Source: Candidatus Woesearchaeota archaeon (lineage in GTDB: Archaea > Nanobdellota > Nanobdellia > Woesearchaeales > JABIAG01). From it: DNA of 64,000 nucleotides. The position numbers and the translations under genes were made by a program. The number at the start of each line of letters is the position of its first letter. Within the stretch, counting starts at the first letter, position 1. This document shows positions 38,252-48,238 of the stretch, piece after piece. The stretch is from positions 192,001 to 256,000 of the forward strand of contig JABIAG010000001.1 in assembly GCA_018653365.1 (NCBI GenBank), written 5' to 3'. The notes beneath the pieces were generated by a model. That model was not told the DNA's origin. It ran no database searches and saw nothing but the letters and a program-made list of their open reading frames with translations.

Positions 38252-40045
38252 CTATTTCGAGGGTTCTTGAGTTTCTTTCTTTTTAAGAGCTTCTTTAGCA
38301 ACTGCATCTAATTCGATGTGTAAATCTTTTAATTGTTTATCCTCAATTGGGGAGGGACTCTCATCCATTGGACATTCAGCTGCTTTATTCTTAGGAAAGG
38401 CAATCACTTCACGAATATCATTAGTACCATTCATTAAAGCAATAAGTCTATCTGCACCCAAACCCATTCCACCATGAGAGGGCGCACCATAATTATATGC
38501 ATTAAGTAAAAACCCAAACTTAGTTTGAGCCTCTTCTTCACTTAAACCAATGAATTTCATAACTCTTTTTTGCACTTCAGGATTAGTAACTCTAATTGAA
38601 CCAGAACCTAATTCTGTTCCATTAAGAACAAGATCCCACAAGTCACCCTTGACTTTTTCTGGGCAGGTTTCAAAATTATCAACAAATTCAGGATTTGGCA
38701 TAGAGAACATATGATGTTCAGGTTCCCAACGTTTATCTTCTTCGTTCCAAGCAAATAAAGGGAAATCTTTAACCCAACAAAATTTGAAGTCATCTTTATT
38801 GTATAATTCAAGATCTTCAGCAAGTTTATTTCTAAGTCTAGATAAAATGTCATTACATTTTTTTTCTTTATCTGCTATAAACATTAAAATCGAACCTGGT
38901 TTAGCTCCAACTTTTGCAATAAGTTCTTTTTGAACATCTTCAGAAAAGTATTTAGCAATATTACTTTCTAATCCGTTTTCAGTAACACGCATCCAGGCCA
39001 TACCTTTAGCACCGCTTTTCTGACAGAAATCAATATATGCATCAATTTCTTTTCTTCCTAACTCTTTTTGAGGATTGATACATTTAACAATTCCACCTGC
39101 CGCTTTAATGTCCTTGAAAACACCAAAATCAGATTTAATAACAATGTCAGTAACTTCAGTTAAGAAAAGATCAAATCTAATGTCTGGCTTGTCATTACCA
39201 TATTTTTCCATGGATTCTTTATATGAAAAGACCTTAAACTCAGTTATTTCTTTATTTAGTACCTCTTTGAAAATGTGTTTGAAAAGTTTTTCAACCATAT
39301 TTCTAATATCATCACTTGTAACAAAACTCATTTCTAAATCAAGTTGCATGTGCTCAGGTTGACGATCTGCTCGTAAATCTTCATCCCGCAAACAGATTGC
39401 AGTTTGATAATATCTGTCACAACCAGAAATCATAAGAATCTGTTTGTATAATTGTGGTGATTGAGGTAGGGCGTAAAATCCGCCAGCATTAACTCTGGAA
39501 GGAACAACATAATCTCTAGCACCCTCAGGAGTAGACTTAACTAACATAGGGGTTGTAATTTCTAAAAAGTCATTTTTGTTAAAAAAATCTCTAGCAGCAG
39601 AAATGATTTTATGCCGACTTAACAATCTCTTTTGCATTAAAGGTCTACGTAAGTCTAAGTAACGATATTTTAGTCTAAGTTCTTCACCTGCTTCAACTCG
39701 ATCATCAACTTCAATAGGCGGAACAGCAGATTTATTAATAATATTAAGTGTATCAGCAAAAACTTCAACCTCTCCAGTAGGAAGCTTTTTGTTAGTCATA
39801 CCCTCTTTTCGAGCCCTAACTTCGCCCTTAATTTCAATACAAAACTCTCGTCGTAAAGATTCTGCAGCCTCCATAACTGTAGAATTAAATTCGGGATCAA
39901 AAACTACTTGAGTTAAACCATATCTATCTCTTAAATCAACAAAAATAATTCCACCATGATCTCTTCGAGTGTGAACCCAACCAACTAAATTAACCTTATC
40001 TCCAATATTTTCTTTCTTTAGTTCGTTGTTCTTATGAGTTCTCAT
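38252..40045 (-). CDS. aspS: Aspartate--tRNA ligase, bacterial type with GAD insertion
   Basis: MRTH, RDHGG, KSTPEGARDY, ALPQSPQLYKQ, IREVIAFPK; 597 aa. Confidence 0.96.
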   Translation of the reverse strand: MRTHKNNELKKENIGDKVNLVGWVHTRRDHGGIIFVDLRDRYGLTQVVFDPEFNSTVMEAAESLRREFCIEIKGEVRARKEGMTNKKLPTGEVEVFADTLNIINKSAVPPIEVDDRVEAGEELRLKYRYLDLRRPLMQKRLLSRHKIISAARDFFNKNDFLEITTPMLVKSTPEGARDYVVPSRVNAGGFYALPQSPQLYKQILMISGCDRYYQTAICLRDEDLRADRQPEHMQLDLEMSFVTSDDIRNMVEKLFKHIFKEVLNKEITEFKVFSYKESMEKYGNDKPDIRFDLFLTEVTDIVIKSDFGVFKDIKAAGGIVKCINPQKELGRKEIDAYIDFCQKSGAKGMAWMRVTENGLESNIAKYFSEDVQKELIAKVGAKPGSILMFIADKEKKCNDILSRLRNKLAEDLELYNKDDFKFCWVKDFPLFAWNEEDKRWEPEHHMFSMPNPEFVDNFETCPEKVKGDLWDLVLNGTELGSGSIRVTNPEVQKRVMKFIGLSEEEAQTKFGFLLNAYNYGAPSHGGMGLGADRLIALMNGTNDIREVIAFPKNKAAECPMDESPSPIEDKQLKDLHIELDAVAKEALKKKETQEPSK

Positions 40046-40155
40046 ACTTTCTGGAATGAACCGGCCTTATTTAAAGTTTTTGTGATTCAAACACAAAAAT
40101 TGCTAACCTTTATAAACCGATTCGGGTCTCAACAAAAATAAACAAATAAGAGGTA

Positions 40156-40626
40156 GTGATAATGACTGATAGATATGTGTGTGGACAAAGAAAAATACCT
40201 GAACAAATGCCGGTGAGACCTTTACGAAGTAAAAGAGCGCTGGTTGTAGATGATGATAGTTCTGTTGCAAGAGTAATAAAACAATTATTAGAAAGAGAGC
40301 ATTACAGTGTTACTTTACGAACTTCAGTAGGGAGTGGCATTGCTGCCATAAAAATGGGATTAATACCTGATTTGGCAGTAATTGATGTTTTGTTTCCTAA
40401 TGCTAGTGGAAGAGAATATCCCGGAGGAGTTGATGTTTATCGAGCATTAAGAGAACGAAGTCATAACACCCCTGTTGTATTTATGACTGGTGCTTATGAT
40501 GAAGAGCGCTTTGCTGATGTTGATGACGCGATAACTACAAATTGTGCAGTACTTGTACAAAAACCATTAATACAATTAGGTCTTCACAGAGCAATAAGAA
40601 ATGCTTATGCTAAAGCCGGAAAATAA
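40156..40626 (+). CDS. Single-domain response regulator (REC)
   Basis: LVVDDD, VID, FMTG, QKP. Confidence 0.88.
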   Translation: MIMTDRYVCGQRKIPEQMPVRPLRSKRALVVDDDSSVARVIKQLLEREHYSVTLRTSVGSGIAAIKMGLIPDLAVIDVLFPNASGREYPGGVDVYRALRERSHNTPVVFMTGAYDEERFADVDDAITTNCAVLVQKPLIQLGLHRAIRNAYAKAGK

Positions 40627-40678
40627 TTTCTTTTTTTTTCTTAAACTTTATATAGAGTTATGGATTAGTTTTGTTTAT

Positions 40679-40768
40679 GGGCCTGTAGCATAATCTGGAT
40701 AGTGCGGCTGGCTTCGGTTTTTTCCGAGATGAAACCAGTTGATCGGGGTTCAAATCCTCGCAGGCTCA
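40679..40768 (+). tRNA. tRNA-Arg(TCG), 16-nt intron at 40718-40733
   Basis: GGGCCTG/CAGGCTC acceptor, GCTGG/CCAGT stem, A20 in D loop. Confidence 0.87.
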
Positions 40769-40812
40769 TATTCTAATTATCTTTATAAATGAACTAATAT
40801 TATTAGTTAAAT

Positions 40813-41106
40813 ATGGCTGATAAACGAAGATTGTTAATGACTTTGGATAGAATGGCTGTTTTGTCTCATTCTTTAGCTAATGGTGGATTTGGAGAAGCAA
40901 TATCTGAATTAGAAGACGAAGTACTTCCTAAACTATGGGGGTTAGCAGCAAAACAAGGTGAAACTTTTGACTTTTTTGTTGACGGACCATCTGTGACTGC
41001 ATTCGCATTAGAATATAAAACAGCAGTGAATGCTGGAGATTTTGCTGGTGCACAAGCTTCTGTAATAGATTACAAAGAATTTGCAGAGCGCGCTGCTATC
41101 GAGTAA
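40813..41106 (+). CDS. Hypothetical protein
   Basis: 97-aa ORF with TATA upstream. Confidence 0.65.
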   Translation: MADKRRLLMTLDRMAVLSHSLANGGFGEAISELEDEVLPKLWGLAAKQGETFDFFVDGPSVTAFALEYKTAVNAGDFAGAQASVIDYKEFAERAAIE

Positions 41107-41185
41107 TAGAATAATGCATTTCCGAAAGCTTTATAAATATGTTACTACTTTTTAACTGTATAACCTGATTCTAAAGGTGGACTAA

Positions 41186-41824
41186 ATGGACGAAAATCAA
41201 TTAAAAACTGGAACTACCACAGTGGCTTTAGTTTGTTCGGATGGTATTGTAATGGGAGCAGACCGAAGAGCAACAACTGGTAATTATATTGCCATAAAGC
41301 ACGCAGATAAAGTATTTCAGGTATCAGATAATATGGCGCTAACCTTAGCAGGAAGCGTAGCAGACGCACAATTATTAGTAAAACTAATCAAGGCTGAAAT
41401 TCAGCTAAAAAAATTAAGAACACACCGAGACGTAACTGTAAAAGAGGGTGCAAATTTATTGGGAGGACTAGTTTATAGAAATATAAGACAACCCTCAATG
41501 TTACCTGGAGTAACACACTTCTTACTAGGTGGAAAAGATAAAGAAGGATTTCATTTATACGATTTATTCGCAGACGGTTCTGTAGACGAAATAAAAGATT
41601 TTGTTTGTTCAGGAAGCGGAAGCGTAATTACCTGGGGAGTACTAGAAACAATGTACAAACCAGACATTAATGTTGAAGACGCAAAAAAATTAGTAGCGAA
41701 ATCAATAAATGCAGCAATACAAAGAGATTCTGCATCCGGTGGAGGAATAACAATATTCTCAATAACCGAGAAAGGAGTAGAAAAAGTAGTTGACAAAAAT
41801 TCAAGTATTGATGTAAATCTTTAA
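41186..41824 (+). CDS. psmB: Proteasome beta subunit
   Basis: KTG|TTTVA, ADRRAT, AGSVADAQ, GSGS, RDSASG. Confidence 0.96.
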   Translation: MDENQLKTGTTTVALVCSDGIVMGADRRATTGNYIAIKHADKVFQVSDNMALTLAGSVADAQLLVKLIKAEIQLKKLRTHRDVTVKEGANLLGGLVYRNIRQPSMLPGVTHFLLGGKDKEGFHLYDLFADGSVDEIKDFVCSGSGSVITWGVLETMYKPDINVEDAKKLVAKSINAAIQRDSASGGGITIFSITEKGVEKVVDKNSSIDVNL

Positions 41825-41891
41825 AGTTTTATTTTCAAATCTAAAAAAGCTCAGAAGTAAAACTTCTAGCACAACTAACTCATCGTTAAAA

Positions 41892-43787
41892 ATGGATATA
41901 TTAAAGGAAATACTGAAATTAATACCAAATTCTGAAAGATTAATCTCAGACGCAGGATTCGAGGGAGCCAACATAGTGCTCTACACGAAAGATAAAGACT
42001 TTTTTCTAGATAATGGAGGAGTAATTAAGGACTTAGTTAACGAATTTAAAAAACGAATTGAGCTACGCTATGATCCTTCAATGGTTCTAGATATGGAAAA
42101 AGCAGAAATCGAAATAAATAAAATATTACCTGAAGAAGCAAAAGCAGATCAAGTAACATTCGATCCACAAAGATCACAAGTAATAATTGAAACAGAAAAA
42201 CCAGGAACAGCAATAGGAAAACAAGGAATGCTTTTAAAAGAAATTAAAAAAGCAACCGGTTGGACTCCACTAATAAAAAGAACACCCACTATTCGATGCG
42301 AATTAATCGAAAATGTACGAGGAGTATTATACCAAAATTCTGATTATCGTCGAAAATTTTTAGACAAAGTAGGTCATAGAGTATATGACGGCTGGGTTCG
42401 AGGTAAAAAAGAGGAATGGATTAGAATTAGTCAATTAGGAGCAGGAAGACAGGTAGGACGAAGCTGTTTATTCTTACAAACTCCTGAATCAAGAGTATTA
42501 TTAGATTGTGGGATAGACCCTGCAGATAAAGAACACCAATTTCCTTATTTAGAAGCACCTGAGTTTAACATACAAGAATTAGACGCAGTTATAGTAACAC
42601 ACGCACACCTAGATCATTCAGGCTTAGTACCCTGGTTATTTAGAATGGGATATAGAGGTCCAGTATATTGTACGGCACCAACCCGAGATGTAATGAGCTT
42701 ACTTGCAATAGACTTTCATAAAATAATGAAGGGAGATAGAAAAGACCCCTTATTTGAAATGGATGACATCCGAGAAATGGTAAAACACACAATCGTATTA
42801 GGTTTTGAAGAAGTAACAGACATAACTCCTGATGTAAGAATTACACTTTATAATTCAGGACATATTATTGGAGCCGCAATGGTTCATATGCATATTGGGA
42901 ATGGATTACACAACTTCCTTTACACTGGCGATCAAAAATATGGAAAAACACAATTACTAGATCCTGCAGTTACTAAATTTCCACGATTAGAAACTATGAT
43001 GATTGAATCAACATACGGTGGAAAAGACAATGTACTTCCTTCAAGAGAGGAATCAGAAGATTTCTTAGGAAAAACAGTAACAGAAACTATTAACGGAGGA
43101 GGAAAAGTTCTAATCCCTGTATTAGGAGTTGGAAGAGCACAAGAAGTAATGCTAATCGTAGAAAGTTTAATGCGAGCTGGAAAAATGCCAAAAGTTCCTG
43201 TATTTATAGACGGAATGGTATGGGCAATAACCGCAATTCACACAGCATACCCTGAATTTTTATCAAGAACAGTAAGAAAATCAGTATTTCAAAAAAATGA
43301 AAGTCCCTTCTTATCCGACATTTTTAAACGAGTAGGAAGCCATAAAGAACGAGTAGAAATAATCGAAGAAACAGGACCATGTATAATTTTAGCAACTTCA
43401 GGGATGTTAGTAGGCGGACCTTCAGTTGAATACCTAAAACAATTAATGGACAATCCTAAAAACACAATTTGCTTTGTATGTTACCAGGCAGCAGGTTCTC
43501 TTGGTAGAAGAATTCAAAACGGTGAAAAAGAAATTGCATTTGGAAATAGTATGAAACAAGAAGTAAACCCTCTAAAAATGAGAGTTGAAGTATTAGAAGG
43601 ATTTACCGGACACAGCGGAAGAGGACAATTAATGAATTTCGTAAAAAAATGTGATCCAAAACCAAGAAAGATAATGGTTAATCACGGCGAAGTATCCAGA
43701 TGTTTAGATTTAGCAAGTTCTGTACATAAAGTTCTAAGAGTAGAAACTGTTGCACCTAGAAATTTAGACGTAATAAGATTAAGATAA
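41892..43787 (+). CDS. fttA: aCPSF1/FttA beta-CASP ribonuclease with KH domains
   Basis: THAHLDH, MIESTYG, VGRAQE, FTGH; conserved position after psmB. Confidence 0.95.
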   Translation: MDILKEILKLIPNSERLISDAGFEGANIVLYTKDKDFFLDNGGVIKDLVNEFKKRIELRYDPSMVLDMEKAEIEINKILPEEAKADQVTFDPQRSQVIIETEKPGTAIGKQGMLLKEIKKATGWTPLIKRTPTIRCELIENVRGVLYQNSDYRRKFLDKVGHRVYDGWVRGKKEEWIRISQLGAGRQVGRSCLFLQTPESRVLLDCGIDPADKEHQFPYLEAPEFNIQELDAVIVTHAHLDHSGLVPWLFRMGYRGPVYCTAPTRDVMSLLAIDFHKIMKGDRKDPLFEMDDIREMVKHTIVLGFEEVTDITPDVRITLYNSGHIIGAAMVHMHIGNGLHNFLYTGDQKYGKTQLLDPAVTKFPRLETMMIESTYGGKDNVLPSREESEDFLGKTVTETINGGGKVLIPVLGVGRAQEVMLIVESLMRAGKMPKVPVFIDGMVWAITAIHTAYPEFLSRTVRKSVFQKNESPFLSDIFKRVGSHKERVEIIEETGPCIILATSGMLVGGPSVEYLKQLMDNPKNTICFVCYQAAGSLGRRIQNGEKEIAFGNSMKQEVNPLKMRVEVLEGFTGHSGRGQLMNFVKKCDPKPRKIMVNHGEVSRCLDLASSVHKVLRVETVAPRNLDVIRLR

Positions 43788-43798
43788 ATAAAAAAAAA

Positions 43799-44059
43799 TT
43801 AAGCAGCTTTTTCTTTAATGTTTAAAGCAGCCTCTAATTTAGGTTGATCAAAACCAACAATAATAGTAGCATGCTCATCTTCTCCAACAGAGATTACAGG
43901 AACACCCATCTGACCACTTTTTTCGATCATTTCATTTCGTGCCGTCTCATTTGTAGAAACATCTAAATCTTCGAACTCAATGCCCTTCTCTTTAAGAAAA
44001 TCTTTAGCAGTAACGCAATACGGACATGTTGGTGTTGAATAAACTTTAACTTTAGCCAT
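43799..44059 (-). CDS. Glutaredoxin/NrdH-like protein
   Basis: YSTPTCPYC, SGQMGVPVI. Confidence 0.92.
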   Translation of the reverse strand: MAKVKVYSTPTCPYCVTAKDFLKEKGIEFEDLDVSTNETARNEMIEKSGQMGVPVISVGEDEHATIIVGFDQPKLEAALNIKEKAA

Positions 44060-44137
44060 TTTAATTCCCTCCATTAATATGTTAACAGTGTTACTTTTGG
44101 CATTTAAAAGGTTTATGTTTTAAGCATAAAAAGTGTT

Positions 44138-44671
44138 TTAATCAATATATCCTTCAACCTTCATATACTCGATTAGGGTTAGAAAGATTTTCTTAAGTTC
44201 AGGAAACTCTTCAAAGTATTGAGCTTTCTTTTTTATAAGAAAATCAGCGTTAAAATCTTTCCAGTCTTCTTTATAATCTAATTCATGAATAACTGGGTCT
44301 AAAGAATCAATAGCTTTAGCAAATTTAGCCTCTTTAGTCTTTCTTTCTTCAAACTCAACAAAACAATCCCAAAACTTATCGGCAAGTTTTTTTGGAAATA
44401 AAGATTTCAACTTTTTTGCTGCCTTAATTTCATCTTCCTTAACCTCTTCAGAAAGCAAAGGAACATCTCCAGTTTCAATCTCCACTAAATCATGATACAT
44501 CAACAATTCATGAACCCTTAATCTGTTAAGATTATTAGGCATAAAAAAATCTGCAAGCAATAAACAACTCCAAGAATGTTCAGCTGAACTCTCTTTTCGA
44601 CCTTCTACAGATGTAGCTCTATAAACACTCTTTAACTGATTGATCAGTTTAATTTTATTAATCTCTTTCAT
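44138..44671 (-). CDS. HD-domain hydrolase
   Basis: ESSAEHSW, YHDLVEIETGD. Confidence 0.88.
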   Translation of the reverse strand: MKEINKIKLINQLKSVYRATSVEGRKESSAEHSWSCLLLADFFMPNNLNRLRVHELLMYHDLVEIETGDVPLLSEEVKEDEIKAAKKLKSLFPKKLADKFWDCFVEFEERKTKEAKFAKAIDSLDPVIHELDYKEDWKDFNADFLIKKKAQYFEEFPELKKIFLTLIEYMKVEGYID

Positions 44672-44756
44672 ACTACCTTGAATTGATCAAGGTATAAAAA
44701 GGTTTCAGAAATAACATATTTCTGATGACCAAAGGTTTCAGAAAGGGGAAATATTT

Positions 44757-45191
44757 ATGATTTTTAGAAATCCTTTTAAAATATATCAACATTCTTTAAA
44801 TTTCATGACCCCCACTGACATAAGATTAAATATTGCAAGAGCATTTATTAGTCGAGTACGAACTGGATTTGAAGATGTTTTTGTAGACGCCTATGTTTTT
44901 GGAAGTACTTCAAAAAGAATGGCGCATGAAAGTTCTGATTTAGATTTATTTTTTATAATTCATAGACCAACAGAAGAAGAAAGACAAAAATGGAATCCTC
45001 CACAAGAAATGAAACCAGGAAGAAATTTAATATTATTTAAACATCAAGAAGAAATTTATGCTATTAGAAATTCGTTTGAAGAAGAATATGAAATAATGAT
45101 CTCTTGTTATTTTTCATATGATACACAATCCTATGATTTTCTTAAAAGATTAACAGGAAAAACAAGAATGCGATGGAATGAATTATTTTAA
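44757..45191 (+). CDS. Minimal nucleotidyltransferase (MNT)
   Basis: YVFGSTS...SDLDL; true start possibly ATG 44806. Confidence 0.82.
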   Translation: MIFRNPFKIYQHSLNFMTPTDIRLNIARAFISRVRTGFEDVFVDAYVFGSTSKRMAHESSDLDLFFIIHRPTEEERQKWNPPQEMKPGRNLILFKHQEEIYAIRNSFEEEYEIMISCYFSYDTQSYDFLKRLTGKTRMRWNELF

Positions 45192-45232
45192 AAATAGTAA
45201 ATCCTTTTAAATCATAAAAAAATTAATTAAAC

Positions 45233-48200
45233 ATGCAAGAGAAGATAAGCCAACAATATGGCCCAGTAATAGATATAGCGTTAGATACTATTGCACGAGG
45301 GAAGCAAGCATTAGTATTTGTAAATAGTAAACCTAGTGCAGAAAAACAAGCAGAAGAAATAAGTAAGAAATGTAAAGGAAACTTTGACTCTTTGGCGGAA
45401 AAAATATTAAATGTTCTTTCCACCCCCACTAAACAATGTAAAAGACTAGCCGGTTGTGTAGTTAAAGGAATAGCATTTCATCACGCAGGACTAGATCAAG
45501 CACAAAAAGAGTTAGTTGAAGATGCATTTCGAAGTGGAGAAATAAGAATAATATGTTGTACACCAACACTTTGTTTGTCTGGAGATGCAAAAGTTTGGCA
45601 TGAAATGAATGAAACTGAAATAAAAAAGTTTAGCATTTCCAATCCTCTTTTTGTCCTTTCATCTAACCAAGTGAAGATGAAAGCTCAAAAAGTTCAAAAG
45701 ATTGAAAATTTTTCTAAACTTATACAAATTTCTTCAGTTGCGGGATATTCAATTAAAGTTACTTCTAAGCATAAAATGTTTGTCAAACGTGGAAGTAATA
45801 AAGTACTGATTGAAGCTTCTAAGGTAAAAAAAGGAGACAAAATCGCAACTTTAAGCAAGATTGCGATTAAAGAAAAAAAAGCTTTTTTATCCAATTTTGT
45901 TAAAGATAACATATTACCTGTTGAAAACAGAGAACTTACTGAAGATGAATTTTATCTGATTGGAGCAATGCTTGGAGATGGTTATTCGGGGATAGAAACG
46001 TTTGATGACAAAATTAAATATAAAGGAAGTCCTTGTATTGTTGGAATTGATGAAGAAATTTTTTTTAAGATAACTTGTGCATGTAAAAAACTAAATATCT
46101 CTGTTAGACAATCCAAAAACTTTGGGGGAACTTCCCAATTAGTGCTTGGCAAAAATAAATGGTTCAGAGAGTTTTTAGTACGATGTGGAGTAGAAAAAGG
46201 CATTAAAAAGCACATTGCAAATCAGTTATTGTATGGCAATCTAAATAAACTAAAATTTTTACTTCAAGGATTATTTGATACAGATGGTTATGTTGAAAAA
46301 AAAGGAGCGGTAGGATTTAGTAATATCTCAGAAAAACTAATAAAAAATATACAAAAATCCCTTTTGAGATTTGGCATAGTTTCAAGAATAAGAATAAGAC
46401 CTGCAGGTAAAATGTGTATTTATGAAAAAGAATATGATACTTTGCCTCATTTAGAACTAACCATTCTTAATAAAAAAAGTATTTTAGACTTCTATAAGTT
46501 TATAGGATTTCATATAAAAAGAAAGCAAGAATCTTTAATTAATGTTGTAGCAAGAATTTGTTCAAGTTATCTTTATGTGTCTTGCTCTTCTTGTCAATAC
46601 AAAATATATAAAGATTTGTTTGGTGGAAGAACAAAAGAACAAAAGAACTGGGGTAAAATAAAAGAACAAATAATACTTTTGTTGGGTAAAAATGAAGAAT
46701 TAGGTTCAAGAGAGTTGAAAAAGTTATTGAAACACGAACCAAGGAAGAACACTTGCCGATTGAATCATCATTATGAATTAATTCAAAAAAGAAGAATAGG
46801 TAGTAAAAGCAAGACTGAATGGATATGGTGCTTAAATGAAATTGGTACTTGGATTTATAAGAATATTTTAGTTAAGAATGAATCAACTCATGAATTTTTA
46901 CGATTAATGAAATGCCCAATTTGTTCAAAAGAGTTAGAAATTGTTTTGAGAGGAAACTGGCGAGATTCTGATTTTGAAGGAAATATTTTTTGGGATATTG
47001 TTCGCGAAGTCAAACTTGTTGATGTTGAAAAATATGTTTATGATATGGTTTTACCAAATAAACCAAAAAATGACCATTTATTTGTTGCCGAAGGGTTTTT
47101 TGTTCATAATTCTGCAGGAATTGATATGCCCGCATTTAGAACAATATTAACAAGTTTGAAAAGATACACTAATCATGGAATGGATTATATTCCTGTCTTA
47201 GAATACGAACAAATGGCAGGTCGAGCTGGAAGACCTCGTTATGACGATTACGGAGAAGCAATATGTATAGCTAGTACTGAAGCGCAAAAAGAGGAATTAA
47301 TGGAAAAGTATCTGCATGGCGAGGTAGAAAATATTTATTCTAAGCTGGCAGCAGAACCTGTATTACGAATGTATGTATTATCTTTAATCTCTTCAGGAAT
47401 GGTACGAAGCAAAGCAGATATGATGAAATTCTTTGAAAAAACATTTTTTGCACACCAATTTAAAGATCTAAAAAAAATAGAAGAGTTACTGATTCGAGTC
47501 CTAGAAATGTTAAAAGACTGGGGCTTTGTAAATGGAACAAGCGAAGGAGATTTTGTTTCTGCAGATGCACTTGATGAAAAATACACTATAACCTTGCTAG
47601 GAAAAAGAGTGGCAGAACTGTATTTAGATCCACTAACAGCAAATAAGTTAGTTGAGGGATTGAAACGAGAACAAAACAAAACCGAATTTTCATATTTACA
47701 GTTGATAAGTCACACCCTTGAAATGAGACCTTTATTGCGTGTTAAAAAAAGTGAGTACGATGAAGTTCAAGAAAGAATTGCATTAGCAGAGGAGAATTTG
47801 CTTGAAGATGGCTTCTTTGACGAATTTGAAGACTTTGAAAACTCTGTTAAAACCGCATGGTTCTTTGAAGAATGGGTAAATGAACTTAGCGAAGAACAAT
47901 TATTAGAAAAGTTTGGAGTACGACCAGGAGAAATAAAATATAAGTTAAACATTGCAGACTGGTTATTATTTTCTTGTATTGAATTAAGTAAAATTTCTCT
48001 ATTAAAAGAAGACGCATCTAAATTAACTAAGCTAAGAGTTAGGCTGAAATATGGAATTAAAGAGGAATTGATGCCTTTGGTACGGTTGAAAGGAATTGGA
48101 AAGGGTCGTGCAAGAAAACTCTACAATAATGGCGTTAAAGATCTTAACGGACTTAAGAATGTAGGCTTGGGCGAATTAAAATTATTAATTGGTGAAAAAA

Positions 48201-48238
48201 CTGCTGAAAAGATTAAAAAACAATTAGAAATGGGTTAA
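45233..48238 (+). CDS. hel308: Hel308/Ski2-like helicase lacking the N-terminal RecA1 domain, with intein
   Basis: QALVFVNS, AFHHAGL, TPTL/SAG, QMAGRAGRP, HhH tail; no Walker A or DEVH. Confidence 0.85.
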   Translation: MQEKISQQYGPVIDIALDTIARGKQALVFVNSKPSAEKQAEEISKKCKGNFDSLAEKILNVLSTPTKQCKRLAGCVVKGIAFHHAGLDQAQKELVEDAFRSGEIRIICCTPTLCLSGDAKVWHEMNETEIKKFSISNPLFVLSSNQVKMKAQKVQKIENFSKLIQISSVAGYSIKVTSKHKMFVKRGSNKVLIEASKVKKGDKIATLSKIAIKEKKAFLSNFVKDNILPVENRELTEDEFYLIGAMLGDGYSGIETFDDKIKYKGSPCIVGIDEEIFFKITCACKKLNISVRQSKNFGGTSQLVLGKNKWFREFLVRCGVEKGIKKHIANQLLYGNLNKLKFLLQGLFDTDGYVEKKGAVGFSNISEKLIKNIQKSLLRFGIVSRIRIRPAGKMCIYEKEYDTLPHLELTILNKKSILDFYKFIGFHIKRKQESLINVVARICSSYLYVSCSSCQYKIYKDLFGGRTKEQKNWGKIKEQIILLLGKNEELGSRELKKLLKHEPRKNTCRLNHHYELIQKRRIGSKSKTEWIWCLNEIGTWIYKNILVKNESTHEFLRLMKCPICSKELEIVLRGNWRDSDFEGNIFWDIVREVKLVDVEKYVYDMVLPNKPKNDHLFVAEGFFVHNSAGIDMPAFRTILTSLKRYTNHGMDYIPVLEYEQMAGRAGRPRYDDYGEAICIASTEAQKEELMEKYLHGEVENIYSKLAAEPVLRMYVLSLISSGMVRSKADMMKFFEKTFFAHQFKDLKKIEELLIRVLEMLKDWGFVNGTSEGDFVSADALDEKYTITLLGKRVAELYLDPLTANKLVEGLKREQNKTEFSYLQLISHTLEMRPLLRVKKSEYDEVQERIALAEENLLEDGFFDEFEDFENSVKTAWFFEEWVNELSEEQLLEKFGVRPGEIKYKLNIADWLLFSCIELSKISLLKEDASKLTKLRVRLKYGIKEELMPLVRLKGIGKGRARKLYNNGVKDLNGLKNVGLGELKLLIGEKTAEKIKKQLEMG
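45572..47110 (+). mobile_element. Intein (513 aa) with LAGLIDADG homing endonuclease
   Basis: Starts CLSGD, ends FFVHN|S; LIGAMLGDG and LQGLFDTDG. Confidence 0.95.
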
